A stretch of DNA of 64,000 nt from NCBI GenBank assembly GCA_948442015.1, contig CAOJRP010000003.1, positions 19,609 to 83,608 on the forward strand, in the 5' to 3' direction. The notes beneath the pieces were generated by a model that saw only the letters and a program-made list of their open reading frames with translations, did not search any database and was not told where the DNA came from. Source of the stretch: an uncultured Erysipelotrichaceae bacterium (lineage in GTDB: Bacteria > Bacillota_I > Bacilli_A > RF39 > UBA660). Of this stretch, positions 8,836 through 18,717 are shown piece after piece; position 1 is the stretch's first letter, and every line of letters begins with the position of its first letter. The translations under genes were made by a program, and so were the position numbers.

Positions 8836-9031
8836 AACAAAAAGATGGTACCTAAAGGAGTGCTATAGCACGGTACCATCCTTATTTACTTAATTATAGA
8901 TAACGGTTTTACCCGGCAGGTATTAACTGCACTAGAAAGGAGATTCAATCTAAATTAAGGTTTCGCTTGCATCAACCACGAACTTTCTTGACAATAATTT
9001 TAGTTTACTAGTCTTTCTTCAAACGTTTTAC
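8836..9031 (-). promoter_or_regulatory. T-box leader (Ser specifier candidate UCU) with terminator
   Basis: The minus-strand RNA contains the T-box sequence GGAUGGUACCGUG. The terminator is GAUGGUACC...GGUACCAUC (8844-8880) plus a U-run. There is an AGAAAG motif and a GAA-UCU-C specifier candidate. An extended -10 (TGTTATAAT) lies at about 9038-9046. Confidence 0.8.
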
Positions 9032-9063
9032 AATTATATTATAACACAAATATTTAATTTTTA

Positions 9064-9723
9064 TTATATTTTAATTAATTCTAAATTATTAAATACTTTT
9101 TCTTGGACTTTTTCACTATTAATATCATTAGCAACAGATTTTAAATCATACATTCTATTTCTATTATAAAGTTCATATGTATTCGCCGCATTTTCCATAA
9201 TAGTTTCATATATAAAACTTGCCTTTTCTTTTGTTTCAGCATCAAAAATAGAAAAAATTAAAAATTCATAAATTTCACTTTCTTCCAAATATAAATATTT
9301 TTCCTTTACTAAATTCTGGATAAAAAAGAAATAATCAGGTTTTCTTAGAGCACACGTAACTAATATTTCAATATTAAAAATATGATATCTAGAATTTCTT
9401 GATAAATCTAAATTAGCTATTTCAATGATTTTTTCTCGTAGTTGTTCCTCTTTCACTTTATAAATAGTCTTTTTTAGATAAGCATTTATTTTCTTTAAAT
9501 ATTCATCTTTATAAATCAAATCAAAAAAACCATAAAATTCTAATATATTTTCTTCTGTAAGATATATTTCACAACCATCGACTTCCAGTATTTTCTTATA
9601 TTTTATAAATGTATTTTGAATGCCTTTATGAAATTCACTAAAATTTTTAGCAATCTTTGACCCATAATAACCACTCAAACATAGCTGATAAATTTCTAAA
9701 TCTCTTATTTCCAATCCAATCAC
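9064..9723 (-). CDS. hypothetical protein, possible N-terminal LuxR/sigma-r4-like HTH
   Basis: 219 aa with a GTG start. RDLEIYQLCLSGYYGSKIAKNF...KYKKIL weakly resembles the LuxR-type pattern (REREVL..G.S.KEIA....KIL). The rest is unassigned. Confidence 0.45.
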   Translation of the reverse strand: MIGLEIRDLEIYQLCLSGYYGSKIAKNFSEFHKGIQNTFIKYKKILEVDGCEIYLTEENILEFYGFFDLIYKDEYLKKINAYLKKTIYKVKEEQLREKIIEIANLDLSRNSRYHIFNIEILVTCALRKPDYFFFIQNLVKEKYLYLEESEIYEFLIFSIFDAETKEKASFIYETIMENAANTYELYNRNRMYDLKSVANDINSEKVQEKVFNNLELIKI

Positions 9724-9844
9724 CCACTTAAATATAATATAACAAAATTTGTTATCTCAAGCAATTGTAAAGATGATGTAAAAGTTAAGTAAAATCCTTG
9801 TCCACTTTATTATTTCTTTATATACTTATAGTAGGTGATAATTG

Positions 9845-10368
9845 ATGCAAGTTGAAAATATAGTAAATAATTTATATGAATATATAGCTAACAATAATTT
9901 TAATGGTTTTTATGATTATTTAGTCGAAACATTAAAAAATAGTTCTGACGAAAAATGTAATTTAATTGTTGATACATTTTTAAATAATATAAATCATGAC
10001 AAATTTTATAATATGTATGCTCCCGTAGTTATAAATACTTTAAATAAGGAATTAGGAAAAAGAAAAACAATAAGTTTTAATTCTTACAAAAAATTAAAAG
10101 AAGAGGAAGATATTAATAAAAGTTTAGAGAATCTTTATCATATTTAACTAATGAAATTAAAAATGTAGGTGAATTAAAAGAGACTTTTTCTTCTGTAGCA
10201 AGATTAATTGAGCTTATTAGAGATGATAAAATAACTTATGAAGAAAGTAAACGAATTTTTGGAGAAATTAGAAATGCTTCTTCTTTATGGCAAGAAGAGT
10301 TTCAAAGATTAAATAAATTTGTTGATAATCAAGAATTTGATAGCAATGATAATAGAATGGCAAAATAA
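9845..10368 (+). pseudogene. hypothetical protein with an apparent single-base frameshift near 10129-10150
   Basis: The ATG at 9845 follows an AGGTGA SD, and the ORF stops at 10145-10147. An ATG-less 73-codon ORF in the -1 frame (NEIKNVGELKETFSS...NDNRMAK*) runs from ~10129 to 10368 and ends right at a terminator hairpin. Confidence 0.4.
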
Positions 10369-10370
10369 AT

Positions 10371-10398
10371 AACACAGGATTTTCTATTCCTGTGTTTT
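10371..10398. terminator. bidirectional terminator hairpin between convergent genes
   Basis: A perfect 9-bp stem (aacacagga at 10371-10379, tcctgtgtt at 10388-10396) is flanked by A/T runs. Confidence 0.7.
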
Positions 10399-10815
10399 AT
10401 ATTGCTCTAAGGCTTTTAATATTCCTTTATAAGGTAAAAGTGCACAACCTTTTCGATTTTGTTGACGATGAATATCATCATAACATAAAGCCTCTTCTAA
10501 AATATCTTTCAGATATTCTTCCCCATTTATCATCTTTTCATAATTAGCAATAAATTCTTCTACTTCTAAAACAGTTTTTCCAATTAACTTTTTAATCATA
10601 ATCGAAGTTGCTGAGGTACTAATAGCACATGCCTCACCATCAAACTTAATATCTTTAATAACATTATTTTCAATTAAAATATATAAATCAATATTATCAA
10701 TACAAGATTCATTATTTGTATTAACCTTGATATATTTTTTATTATCTACTACTTCTTTATTATATGGATGTAAATAGTTTTCCATAATTATCTCTCTTTT
10801 TAGTTCGCTATCCAT
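10384..10815 (-). CDS. sufU: SUF-type Fe-S cluster scaffold SufU (NifU-like N-terminal domain)
   Basis: 143 aa with the three SufU cysteines in context (ESCIDNI, GEACAISTSATS, GCALLPYK). Confidence 0.9.
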   Translation of the reverse strand: MDSELKREIIMENYLHPYNKEVVDNKKYIKVNTNNESCIDNIDLYILIENNVIKDIKFDGEACAISTSATSIMIKKLIGKTVLEVEEFIANYEKMINGEEYLKDILEEALCYDDIHRQQNRKGCALLPYKGILKALEQYKTQE

Positions 10816-12011
10816 TATAACATCTCCATTAAAATTTTATTTTTATCTTTTAAAAGTTCCACTAATTTATCAATCTCTTCATAAGTATTATAAAAATAAA
10901 GACTTATACGACAAGTATTTTTAACACCAATTTCATCTTTTAATATTTTAGCACAATGGTTCCCTGCTCTTATACAAACATTATATTTATTTAAATAACA
11001 AGCAACATCTTGAGGGAATATATCTAGGACATTAAAAGCCACTATCCCACTATCACTTTCAATATTTATTAAATCAATATGGGGAATTGAAAGCAATTTA
11101 TCAAGAAGGTAAGCTCGTAGTTTTAGTTCGTGTTCATGAATTTTTGGAAGTCCAATTTCCATTAAATACTCCATCGCTGCACCTAGTCCTATCGCCGAAG
11201 CAATATTTTGTGTACCCGCTTCCAGTCTTGTTGGTAATTCCTTTAAATAAACGTCTTCAACTGAATCAAAAGATTCGTTCATTCCACCACCTAAATTTTG
11301 GGGGATTAGTTCTTGTAATAACTCTTTTTTACCATATAATACTCCAATCCCCGTCGGACCACACATCTTATGCCCTGATAAAACTAAAAAATCGCAATCT
11401 AAACTTTGAACATCAATTTCAATATGAGGAGCACTTTGGGCAGCATCAACAACTACAAAGATATTTTGTTCATGGGCAAACTCAGATATTTCTTTAATCG
11501 GTCTTATGTCCCCAATAACATTCGTAATTTGAGCTAATGAGATAACTTTTGTATTTGGTGTAACTACTTTTTTAATATTATCTAGTGTTACATAATGGTT
11601 TTCATCTAATGGAATATAATTAACTATAACTCCTAATTCTTTTGCTAGTCGAAACCAAGGTAAGACGTTAGAGGCATGTTCACTTTTGGTGATTAATATT
11701 TCATCCCCTGGTTCTAGTAAATTTTTAAAGAATCCATTAGCAATCATGTTTAATCCTTCTGTCGAACCACTAGTAAAAACTACTTCGCTTCTTTCTTTCG
11801 CATTTAAAAACTTTTGTGCTATATCTCTTGCATTTTCATATTCCATGTCAACTTTCAAAGAAATGTCATAATCACCTCGATGAGCATTTGCACAATACTT
11901 TGTATAGTAATCCATCATTTTATTTATAACACATATTGGTTTTTGTGTCGTCGCACCATTATCAAAATAAATTAAATCTTTATTTAACATCGGAAAATCA
12001 TAAGTATTCAT
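10815..12011 (-). CDS. sufS: cysteine desulfurase SufS (class V aminotransferase, group II)
   Basis: The PLP lysine lies in SGHKMCGPTGIG and the catalytic Cys in RAGNHCA. The stop overlaps the sufU start. Confidence 0.9.
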   Translation of the reverse strand: MNTYDFPMLNKDLIYFDNGATTQKPICVINKMMDYYTKYCANAHRGDYDISLKVDMEYENARDIAQKFLNAKERSEVVFTSGSTEGLNMIANGFFKNLLEPGDEILITKSEHASNVLPWFRLAKELGVIVNYIPLDENHYVTLDNIKKVVTPNTKVISLAQITNVIGDIRPIKEISEFAHEQNIFVVVDAAQSAPHIEIDVQSLDCDFLVLSGHKMCGPTGIGVLYGKKELLQELIPQNLGGGMNESFDSVEDVYLKELPTRLEAGTQNIASAIGLGAAMEYLMEIGLPKIHEHELKLRAYLLDKLLSIPHIDLINIESDSGIVAFNVLDIFPQDVACYLNKYNVCIRAGNHCAKILKDEIGVKNTCRISLYFYNTYEEIDKLVELLKDKNKILMEML

Positions 12012-12021
12012 AATTCACCTC

Positions 12022-12699
12022 CTATATAATATTTTCAAGTTTTAACTTATCTTCCTCACTAAGTTCTAAATTATTAAGCAAGAATCCTTTTATAATAAGT
12101 TTTTTAGCAGTTTCTTCACTTAAGCCTTTACTATTTAAATAAAATAGTTCATCAAAAGATATACTACTTATTGTTGCATTATGTAGTGCCTCAATATTAT
12201 TAGAGCTGACAAGAAGATTAGGTATAATAGTATTTTCTTCTTCATTACAACTAAGTATACGAATATTTTCTAAATATTTATTATTTATTATATTTTTTTC
12301 TATATCTCCAGTAGCAATAACATTTATAGAACCTTTTTCTATAGGTACACCTTTAACATTAATTTCACAACTATTATTAGAACCTTTGATAGAAGCAATA
12401 ATTTTGAGAGAACTTTTTAAAGTAGCTAATAGAGAAAAATTATAAATTAAAATACTATTATTTTCTTGATTTAAGGTAATTTGCTGATTTATTTTACCTT
12501 TTTTAAAATTATTATAAACAAGTTCACTATCTTTAGACAAATTAATTATAACTTTTAATTTTTCTTCACTCTCTGTTAAATCATTTATTAAAACTTTACC
12601 TCTAATATTAATTGTGACATTTTCTTTTTTTATATCTAAATATATAACTTTATTTTCGATTGTAATATTATTTTCCTTGTCTACTATTAGTTTATTCAT
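12022..12699 (-). CDS. sufD: short SufB/SufD-family protein (225 aa)
   Basis: The C-terminal block IPNLLVSSNNIEALHNATISSISFDELFYLNSKGLSEETAKKLIIKGF matches the SufB/D beta-helix end plus C-terminal helices. The protein is much shorter than typical SufD or SufB. Confidence 0.7.
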   Translation of the reverse strand: MNKLIVDKENNITIENKVIYLDIKKENVTINIRGKVLINDLTESEEKLKVIINLSKDSELVYNNFKKGKINQQITLNQENNSILIYNFSLLATLKSSLKIIASIKGSNNSCEINVKGVPIEKGSINVIATGDIEKNIINNKYLENIRILSCNEEENTIIPNLLVSSNNIEALHNATISSISFDELFYLNSKGLSEETAKKLIIKGFLLNNLELSEEDKLKLENII

Positions 12700-13456
12700 G
12701 AGTATTTTTTTCTCCTACTTCATCTGCCTTATTTAAAGCATTAAATCCTTCTTTAAAAACTTTTTTAGCTAAGTCAAAATTTCCACTTGAAGTTATCCTT
12801 TTATCTTTTAGAATATGTACTTTATTAGGTTTTAATATATTTAAAAGTTCTATACTATGTGTAATAATTAAAATAGAACATTTATTTTTTTTGTAATATT
12901 TTTTTAAATTTTCTCCAACTAATTTTAACGCATCGACATCTAATCCTGAATCGATTTCATCTAAAATAATAAATTTTGGTTCTAACATCCATAAATGAAG
13001 TAGTTCATTTTTTTTTCTTTCTCCCCCACTCATACCATCATTTATAGAACGATGAATAAAGCTTTTTGGAATATCTAAAGATTTACAGATGTCTTCCATT
13101 TTTTTATTAAAAGCAAAAATATCAACATAAGAATTAGTAATTTCACCAAGGGCTGTTCTTAACATTTCGGCATTTGTAACTCCTTCAATAGCTATAGGAG
13201 ACTGTGTAATTAAATAAATACCTAAGCGACTAATTTCAGTTGTTGTTAAATCATTTAACCTTATTTCATTATAATAAATGTTACCTTTTGTTATTACATA
13301 TCCAGGTGCTTTTAAAATAGTTTTGGAAATTGTACTTTTCCCTGTCCCATTAGCACCTAATAGAGCATGAATTTCACCATCATTTATTTCTAAATAAAAA
13401 TTTTTTAAGATTTCTTTATCACTCACTTTAACAGTTAAATCATCAATTCTTAACAT
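12692..13456 (-). CDS. sufC: Fe-S cluster assembly ATPase SufC
   Basis: Walker A GANGTGKST, signature MSGGERKK, Walker B ILDEIDSGLD. Confidence 0.9.
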   Translation of the reverse strand: MLRIDDLTVKVSDKEILKNFYLEINDGEIHALLGANGTGKSTISKTILKAPGYVITKGNIYYNEIRLNDLTTTEISRLGIYLITQSPIAIEGVTNAEMLRTALGEITNSYVDIFAFNKKMEDICKSLDIPKSFIHRSINDGMSGGERKKNELLHLWMLEPKFIILDEIDSGLDVDALKLVGENLKKYYKKNKCSILIITHSIELLNILKPNKVHILKDKRITSSGNFDLAKKVFKEGFNALNKADEVGEKNTHE

Positions 13457-13538
13457 AGTAAATCACCTTTTTAATTGTACCATTTTTTTATAATGCTGTC
13501 TATTTTGTAAAATTTTAGTTTTAAAATAGTGCAATATC

Positions 13539-13573
13539 AAAAAAACTCATTTCTCTTTTATTCAAGAAATAAG
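13539..13573 (-). terminator. terminator after the thioredoxin-like gene
   Basis: A 9-bp stem with one mismatch (ctcatttct / agaaataag) is followed by a 7-nt T-run on the minus strand. Confidence 0.5.
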
Positions 13574-13584
13574 TTTTAAATAAC

Positions 13585-14394
13585 TTAATAATTATTATTT
13601 AGAAATTCTTTAGTAATTTCTTTACTTTTACCACCTGTTTGACTAGTCTTAATTTCTCCATTTTCAACAATAAAAGTAACTGGAACACCTGTTATATTAA
13701 ATAACGAATTAAATAATTCTGATTCCTCACTTTTCGTAAAATTAGCAATATCTATTTTATAAGCTCTAATATTTTTTTCTTCTAAAACTTCATTTAAAAT
13801 AGGTTCATAGTTTTTACAAATACCACATTTATTACTAGCCACTAAAACAAGCATTTTTTCTTTATGTTCTAATCGCATTTGATACTCTTCAATTGTAATT
13901 TCTTTAATATTTTGATAGTTAGAAGAAGAAACTTCTTTTTCTTGAACTTTATTTAAATTACCATTTTCATCAAAATATTCATCTAAATTATAACTTTCTT
14001 TCGGTTTATTCTCTTCTTTCAAAAAATCATAAATATAACAAAAACCGCCAATTAGAATAACTACCGCAAAGGCAATTAAATAAACTACTAAACGATAATT
14101 AATAGCATTTTTTCTTTCTATTTTAAATAAATCTTCTAAAATAACTGTTTTAGCAAGTTCATCCTCCTTAGTTATTTTCTTTGGCTCTTCTATCACTTCA
14201 GTAACTTCTAATATTTGTTTTTTAGGTTCTTTAACTTCTTTAGGAATAGTTTTCTTTGCCTTCGTTACAGGAGTTGTTTTTTTTGTTTTAATATTATTAC
14301 TTTTAGTTGTTGTTTTCTTTTTAGTTGTTACATTTTTCTTAGTCCCAGTACTTTTCTTTTTTACATCTCCGTTTTCTTTTTTTATATTTGCCAT
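13585..14394 (-). CDS. membrane-anchored thioredoxin-like protein with a Lys/Thr-rich N-terminal tail
   Basis: It has a KKxTTKKKTTTK low-complexity N-terminus, one TM helix (LVVYLIAFAVVILIGGFCYIY) and a C-terminal thioredoxin fold with CGIC. Confidence 0.7.
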   Translation of the reverse strand: MANIKKENGDVKKKSTGTKKNVTTKKKTTTKSNNIKTKKTTPVTKAKKTIPKEVKEPKKQILEVTEVIEEPKKITKEDELAKTVILEDLFKIERKNAINYRLVVYLIAFAVVILIGGFCYIYDFLKEENKPKESYNLDEYFDENGNLNKVQEKEVSSSNYQNIKEITIEEYQMRLEHKEKMLVLVASNKCGICKNYEPILNEVLEEKNIRAYKIDIANFTKSEESELFNSLFNITGVPVTFIVENGEIKTSQTGGKSKEITKEFLNNNY

Positions 14395-14411
14395 AAATTC
14401 ACTCTCCCAAT

Positions 14412-16124
14412 TTATCCTAGTCCATAATAACTAATTATGCTATTAGCTATATTATTGCTTATTTCCTCTAAATTGTCAACCATCCACTTAGCATCATCAT
14501 AGTCATCATGATGAGCTATTTCTATTAAAATGCCTCTACTAGTATTTTCTTTTTTTACTTCTCCTAAACTTCCTAAAGCATATTTTATCCCTCGATTAGT
14601 AATACTACTTTTATAAGGATAAATATCATATAAATTAGAATACATAATTGTTGCTAAACTAAGCATCTTTGAATCAAAATCATCAACATAAATTTCCATT
14701 CCTTTAGTATCATGTTTACTACTGCCATTAGAGTGAATTGCTAAGTGAAGGGATGCATTAACTCTTCTACTTTCGTTTAACCACTCCATCATATCTTTTT
14801 CTGGATTATTCCGATAAACTATAAAGCCACTATTCTTCAATTTAGTTTCTAATTTATCACAAAGTTTATTCATCATTTCTTTTTCTGTAGTATATCCAAC
14901 TTCTAAAACACCAAGGTTTTTCTCTTGTCTTGATGGACTTAAATAAATAACAGGTATTTTATTATCTATTTTAAAATCAAAACTAGTTATAGGACTATTT
15001 TCTAAACCATCTTTTAAAGCAACAGCTTTTATTTTCATATTATTAGTTATTCTTATAGGCTCTTGATAGATCTTTCCATTTCTTAGTGGATTACTACCAT
15101 TAGTTGTATATTTTATTGTAGCATTTTCTGTTTTTGATAAAAGACTTACATACGTTCCACTCTTAATTGCTTCTGGATTATAATTGGTATATACTGGACT
15201 GACACTTTTTTTATCTAAAACATTTATGACTACATAGTCTCTTTTAGCTATCTCTTCATAATCACTATAAATAGCTAATAATTCTAATGTATAAGTTGTA
15301 TTTTCTTCTAAGTACTTTGCAGGTATCGTAATTAATCCCTTATTATTTTCTTCTACTGTTTTAACTTTTCTTTTCCCTTTATAAATATTTACTTTATATG
15401 TTGTAGCATTATCTCCCCCAAGGAAAGATAGATTTATATTATCCCATGGTATTTCTTCTTCATTTAATGGCGAAGTAATCGAAACATTGCTAACAATTAC
15501 AGGATTATTATAAAAATTCATCTCATGTAATATTGTATCTTCTTTATCAGTTATAACTGCTGTTAACTTACCTTTATAATCTTTTAAAACATTATAAGAA
15601 ACTAAAAGATAGTTATTATTTAAAGGAATTTTATAAACGACATTATTTTTATATAATATTTTTAAATTATAATCTTTTATTTCTCCTAATATTTTAATCC
15701 CAAAATCTTTATTTTCACCTACTATTTTGCTATTAGCTTCATCATCAAAGCTAGGATTTTGCCATTTATAAGGATAAATATTATTACTTTCTTTTTGTTC
15801 TTCCATATCGTTAAAAGCTACAACACTAATATTAACACTCTCGTCATATTCCGCATGAACACTTTGTAAAGATACTATATTATCTGTTACATCTTCCATA
15901 AATAAAACATTACCATCTAAATCAGTAACTGTTACTAAATAATGAGTAGCATTGGGACATTTTTCAAAAATTAAAGTGACTTTATTATCAATTCGTTTCA
16001 CTTCTAATATCTTAAAATCTTCTAAATTAAGACTGCTCGCATTATCTTCTTCTTTAAAAATAGTTATAACTAGTAACATTATAACTATCACAAAACAAAT
16101 AAAATAATTTTTATACTTCTTCAT
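14412..16124 (-). CDS. N-acetylmuramoyl-L-alanine amidase (Amidase_3) with N-terminal Ig/Fn3-like repeats
   Basis: The C-terminal region LHLAIHSNGSS...GMEIYV...ILIEIAHHDD is the MurNAc-LAA zinc amidase pattern. IKYTTNGSNP is an Fn3-associated motif. A signal/TM helix follows the start MKKYKNYF (ATG at 16124). Confidence 0.8.
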   Translation of the reverse strand: MKKYKNYFICFVIVIMLLVITIFKEEDNASSLNLEDFKILEVKRIDNKVTLIFEKCPNATHYLVTVTDLDGNVLFMEDVTDNIVSLQSVHAEYDESVNISVVAFNDMEEQKESNNIYPYKWQNPSFDDEANSKIVGENKDFGIKILGEIKDYNLKILYKNNVVYKIPLNNNYLLVSYNVLKDYKGKLTAVITDKEDTILHEMNFYNNPVIVSNVSITSPLNEEEIPWDNINLSFLGGDNATTYKVNIYKGKRKVKTVEENNKGLITIPAKYLEENTTYTLELLAIYSDYEEIAKRDYVVINVLDKKSVSPVYTNYNPEAIKSGTYVSLLSKTENATIKYTTNGSNPLRNGKIYQEPIRITNNMKIKAVALKDGLENSPITSFDFKIDNKIPVIYLSPSRQEKNLGVLEVGYTTEKEMMNKLCDKLETKLKNSGFIVYRNNPEKDMMEWLNESRRVNASLHLAIHSNGSSKHDTKGMEIYVDDFDSKMLSLATIMYSNLYDIYPYKSSITNRGIKYALGSLGEVKKENTSRGILIEIAHHDDYDDAKWMVDNLEEISNNIANSIISYYGLG

Positions 16125-16143
16125 TAGAATCACTTCCACTACT

Positions 16144-17466
16144 TTATTCTTTATTTTTTAATGATTTAAACACTTTCTTCCATAAATCTTTGCTAGAATA
16201 ATTTAAGATTCCTACTTTATATATTCTAATTCCATAATGAATTAAAATATAAGTTGTAAATATTAGTACTCCTAAAGTTATACATAAATCAATAATAGTA
16301 GTCTGTCCTAATAAGAAAGTTATTGGAGCGACGAGTGCTGAGATGAAAGGTAGATAAGATACTACTTTAATGAATATTGAGCCTTCAAACATGGCAGCCA
16401 TTAAAGCGACATAGTATCCAAACATTATTAAAATCATTAAAGGGCTTTGTAATTGTTGAAAGTCTTCAATACTAGTTGTCATAGAAGCTAGAATTCCTGC
16501 AAATAAAGCATAAATGAGAAAACTAAATAAGAAAATAACAATTATTATTGGTAGTCCTTGTAACAAGCTATCTAACATTCCTGTATTTTTAAGTGTTTCA
16601 TAAACACTCTTTAAGCTATCACCAAAATCATTATTAGCTAAGCTAATACTACCAGACCCTAATCTTCTTATTAAAAGACCTAATATGCCATAGACAAATG
16701 TTAGTACACATTGGATAATAGCAAAGCTCGTTGTGGCTAGTATTTTACTTAAAAAATGGACTTTTGGAGAAACATTAGAAATGATAATTTCCATACCTCT
16801 TGTCGATTTTTCATCATTAATTTCTGCTCCAATCATTTGCACAATTAAAATGACTAAGATAAAGAAAGGGATTAAAAAGATTATTAAACTACCAGTCGAT
16901 AAGATATCTTTGGCTTCAGCATTTTCATCTAACTCAGGATTTGTAAATTCCTCATTAATCGTAATGGGTTCAGAAATTTTCAAAAGTTCTTCTTCTGTAA
17001 GACCAAAATTAGCTAAAGAAAGAGATGTTTTAATAGATGTTAAACTTGTTGTAAGTAATTGTTTTGTTATTGTTTCAATAGGTTCATAAGATATTAAATC
17101 TGCTTTAATTATTTCATCAGTTGATGTTTTAATATTAACAATAATATCATCTTTCTCTTTAATATTTTCTTTTAATTCATCTAAATTGTTTTCTTCATGA
17201 ATTAACTCATATTCCTTAAAGTCTTCAGGCATTGACTTACCAAGTTCATTGAAAATTGTTTCAAAAGAGTCATAAACTCCTACTTCATCTAAAACGTAAA
17301 TTTTTGTTTTTTCATCAAAATCTCCCCCAAAGAAACTAATAATTTTATCCATATTAATAACTGCTACTAATAAAAGACATAAAATAATATTAGCAACTAA
17401 AAACCATTTTGTTTTCATTTTTTTATTTAAACTTTGTTTAATTAAAAATTTCGCTTTATCCTTCAT
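16144..17466 (-). CDS. ABC-2 type transporter permease (NatB-like)
   Basis: An N-terminal TM is followed by a large extracytoplasmic loop and a C-terminal multi-TM block. The ATG at 17466 follows an AGGTGA SD and overlaps the ATPase stop. Confidence 0.75.
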   Translation of the reverse strand: MKDKAKFLIKQSLNKKMKTKWFLVANIILCLLLVAVINMDKIISFFGGDFDEKTKIYVLDEVGVYDSFETIFNELGKSMPEDFKEYELIHEENNLDELKENIKEKDDIIVNIKTSTDEIIKADLISYEPIETITKQLLTTSLTSIKTSLSLANFGLTEEELLKISEPITINEEFTNPELDENAEAKDILSTGSLIIFLIPFFILVILIVQMIGAEINDEKSTRGMEIIISNVSPKVHFLSKILATTSFAIIQCVLTFVYGILGLLIRRLGSGSISLANNDFGDSLKSVYETLKNTGMLDSLLQGLPIIIVIFLFSFLIYALFAGILASMTTSIEDFQQLQSPLMILIMFGYYVALMAAMFEGSIFIKVVSYLPFISALVAPITFLLGQTTIIDLCITLGVLIFTTYILIHYGIRIYKVGILNYSSKDLWKKVFKSLKNKE

Positions 17467-18355
17467 AAGTTTCACCTACTTTGTTAATAAATATTTCGTT
17501 TAAAGTTGGTTCTTCAACACTAAATTTTAAGATATTTTCACATTTAGCAACATATTTAAACACTTCATTTACATATTCGTTAGATTCTATTTTAACGATT
17601 ATTTCATCTTCATTTTTTATAACATCAACTACACCTTTTATTTTCGATAATTTGTTTACATCTACATCACCAATAATATGAATATTTTTCTTGCGATAAG
17701 CTTTTTTGATGTCTTTAATTTTTCCACTTAAAACACTTTTACCTTTTACTAAGACAACTAACTTTTCACAAAATTGTTCCACGTGTTCCATTCTGTGAGA
17801 TGAGAAAATTATGGAACTTCCTTTACCTTTCATCTCTTTCATAACATCAACAAATAAAGCCACATTAATTGGGTCTAAGCCACTAAAAGGTTCATCTAAG
17901 ATAAGTAATTTTGGTTCATTAATAATCGCTGTAATAAACTGAATCTTTTGTTGGTTACCTTTACTTAATTCTTTTATTTTTCTATCTTTATATTCACTTA
18001 TTTTAAATCTTTCTAGTAATTTATCTAACTTTTCTAAAATGTCTTTTTCTTTCATTCCTTTTAAAATCCCATAATAAATTACTTGTTCTTTAACAGTCAA
18101 TTTAGTTAATAAACTTCTTTCTTCTGTTAAAAAGCCAATTTTATCAGTTTCACTATAATCAATTTTTTTACCATCTAAAGTAATAGTACCAGATGTTTTG
18201 TCTAAAAGGCCTATTATCATTCGAAATGTTGTTGTTTTACCTGCTCCATTAATTCCTAAAAGGCCAAAAATTTCACCATCGTTTACCGAAAAAGACAAAT
18301 CGGAAACAGCTAAATGTTCTCCATAATATTTTGTTACTCCTTCTACTTTTAACAT
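17456..18355 (-). CDS. ABC transporter ATP-binding protein (NatA-like)
   Basis: Walker A GINGAGKTT, signature LSKGNQQK, Walker B LILDEPFSGLD. Start at MLKVEGV after an AGGTGA SD. Confidence 0.9.
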   Translation of the reverse strand: MLKVEGVTKYYGEHLAVSDLSFSVNDGEIFGLLGINGAGKTTTFRMIIGLLDKTSGTITLDGKKIDYSETDKIGFLTEERSLLTKLTVKEQVIYYGILKGMKEKDILEKLDKLLERFKISEYKDRKIKELSKGNQQKIQFITAIINEPKLLILDEPFSGLDPINVALFVDVMKEMKGKGSSIIFSSHRMEHVEQFCEKLVVLVKGKSVLSGKIKDIKKAYRKKNIHIIGDVDVNKLSKIKGVVDVIKNEDEIIVKIESNEYVNEVFKYVAKCENILKFSVEEPTLNEIFINKVGETYEG

Positions 18356-18717
18356 TATTATCACCTAAGATAATTTTAACATGTTTTAACTCTAAAAAAA
18401 AGAAATTTAATTATAAATCTAGTTCAGCTGAATAAATATAATTAAAAATATATATTTCATATTGAAACAAGTTTAATAATAGTTTATTAATACTTGTAAA
18501 AATACACATAATAAATTAATAAAGAGACAAATAAAATACTATTTATATAGTTCTATTAAATAGTGGTTATTAGAATAATTTGAAAGATAAATTATTTCAA
18601 AATTAATAGTATTAATTTAAATATTACTATATATTTGTAATCAAATACTAACTATTAAATATATGAGTTTAATCTTATGTATTAAATATGGTAAAATTTG
18701 GTAGTAAGGAAGGAGTG

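Noticed and set aside
8823-8879. The N-terminal extension of track ORF 8577-8879. Similar extensions occur in 3782-5089, 20240-21430, 34517-34972, 47869-49146, 49283-51292 and 57619-59760.
   Set aside because: The extensions run through terminators, operators or promoters and lack an SD. Internal starts with strong SD motifs match the family N-termini.
18365-18717. The AT-rich spacer as a replication origin.
   Set aside because: There are no DnaA-box-like TTATCCACA motifs and no dnaA or dnaN nearby.
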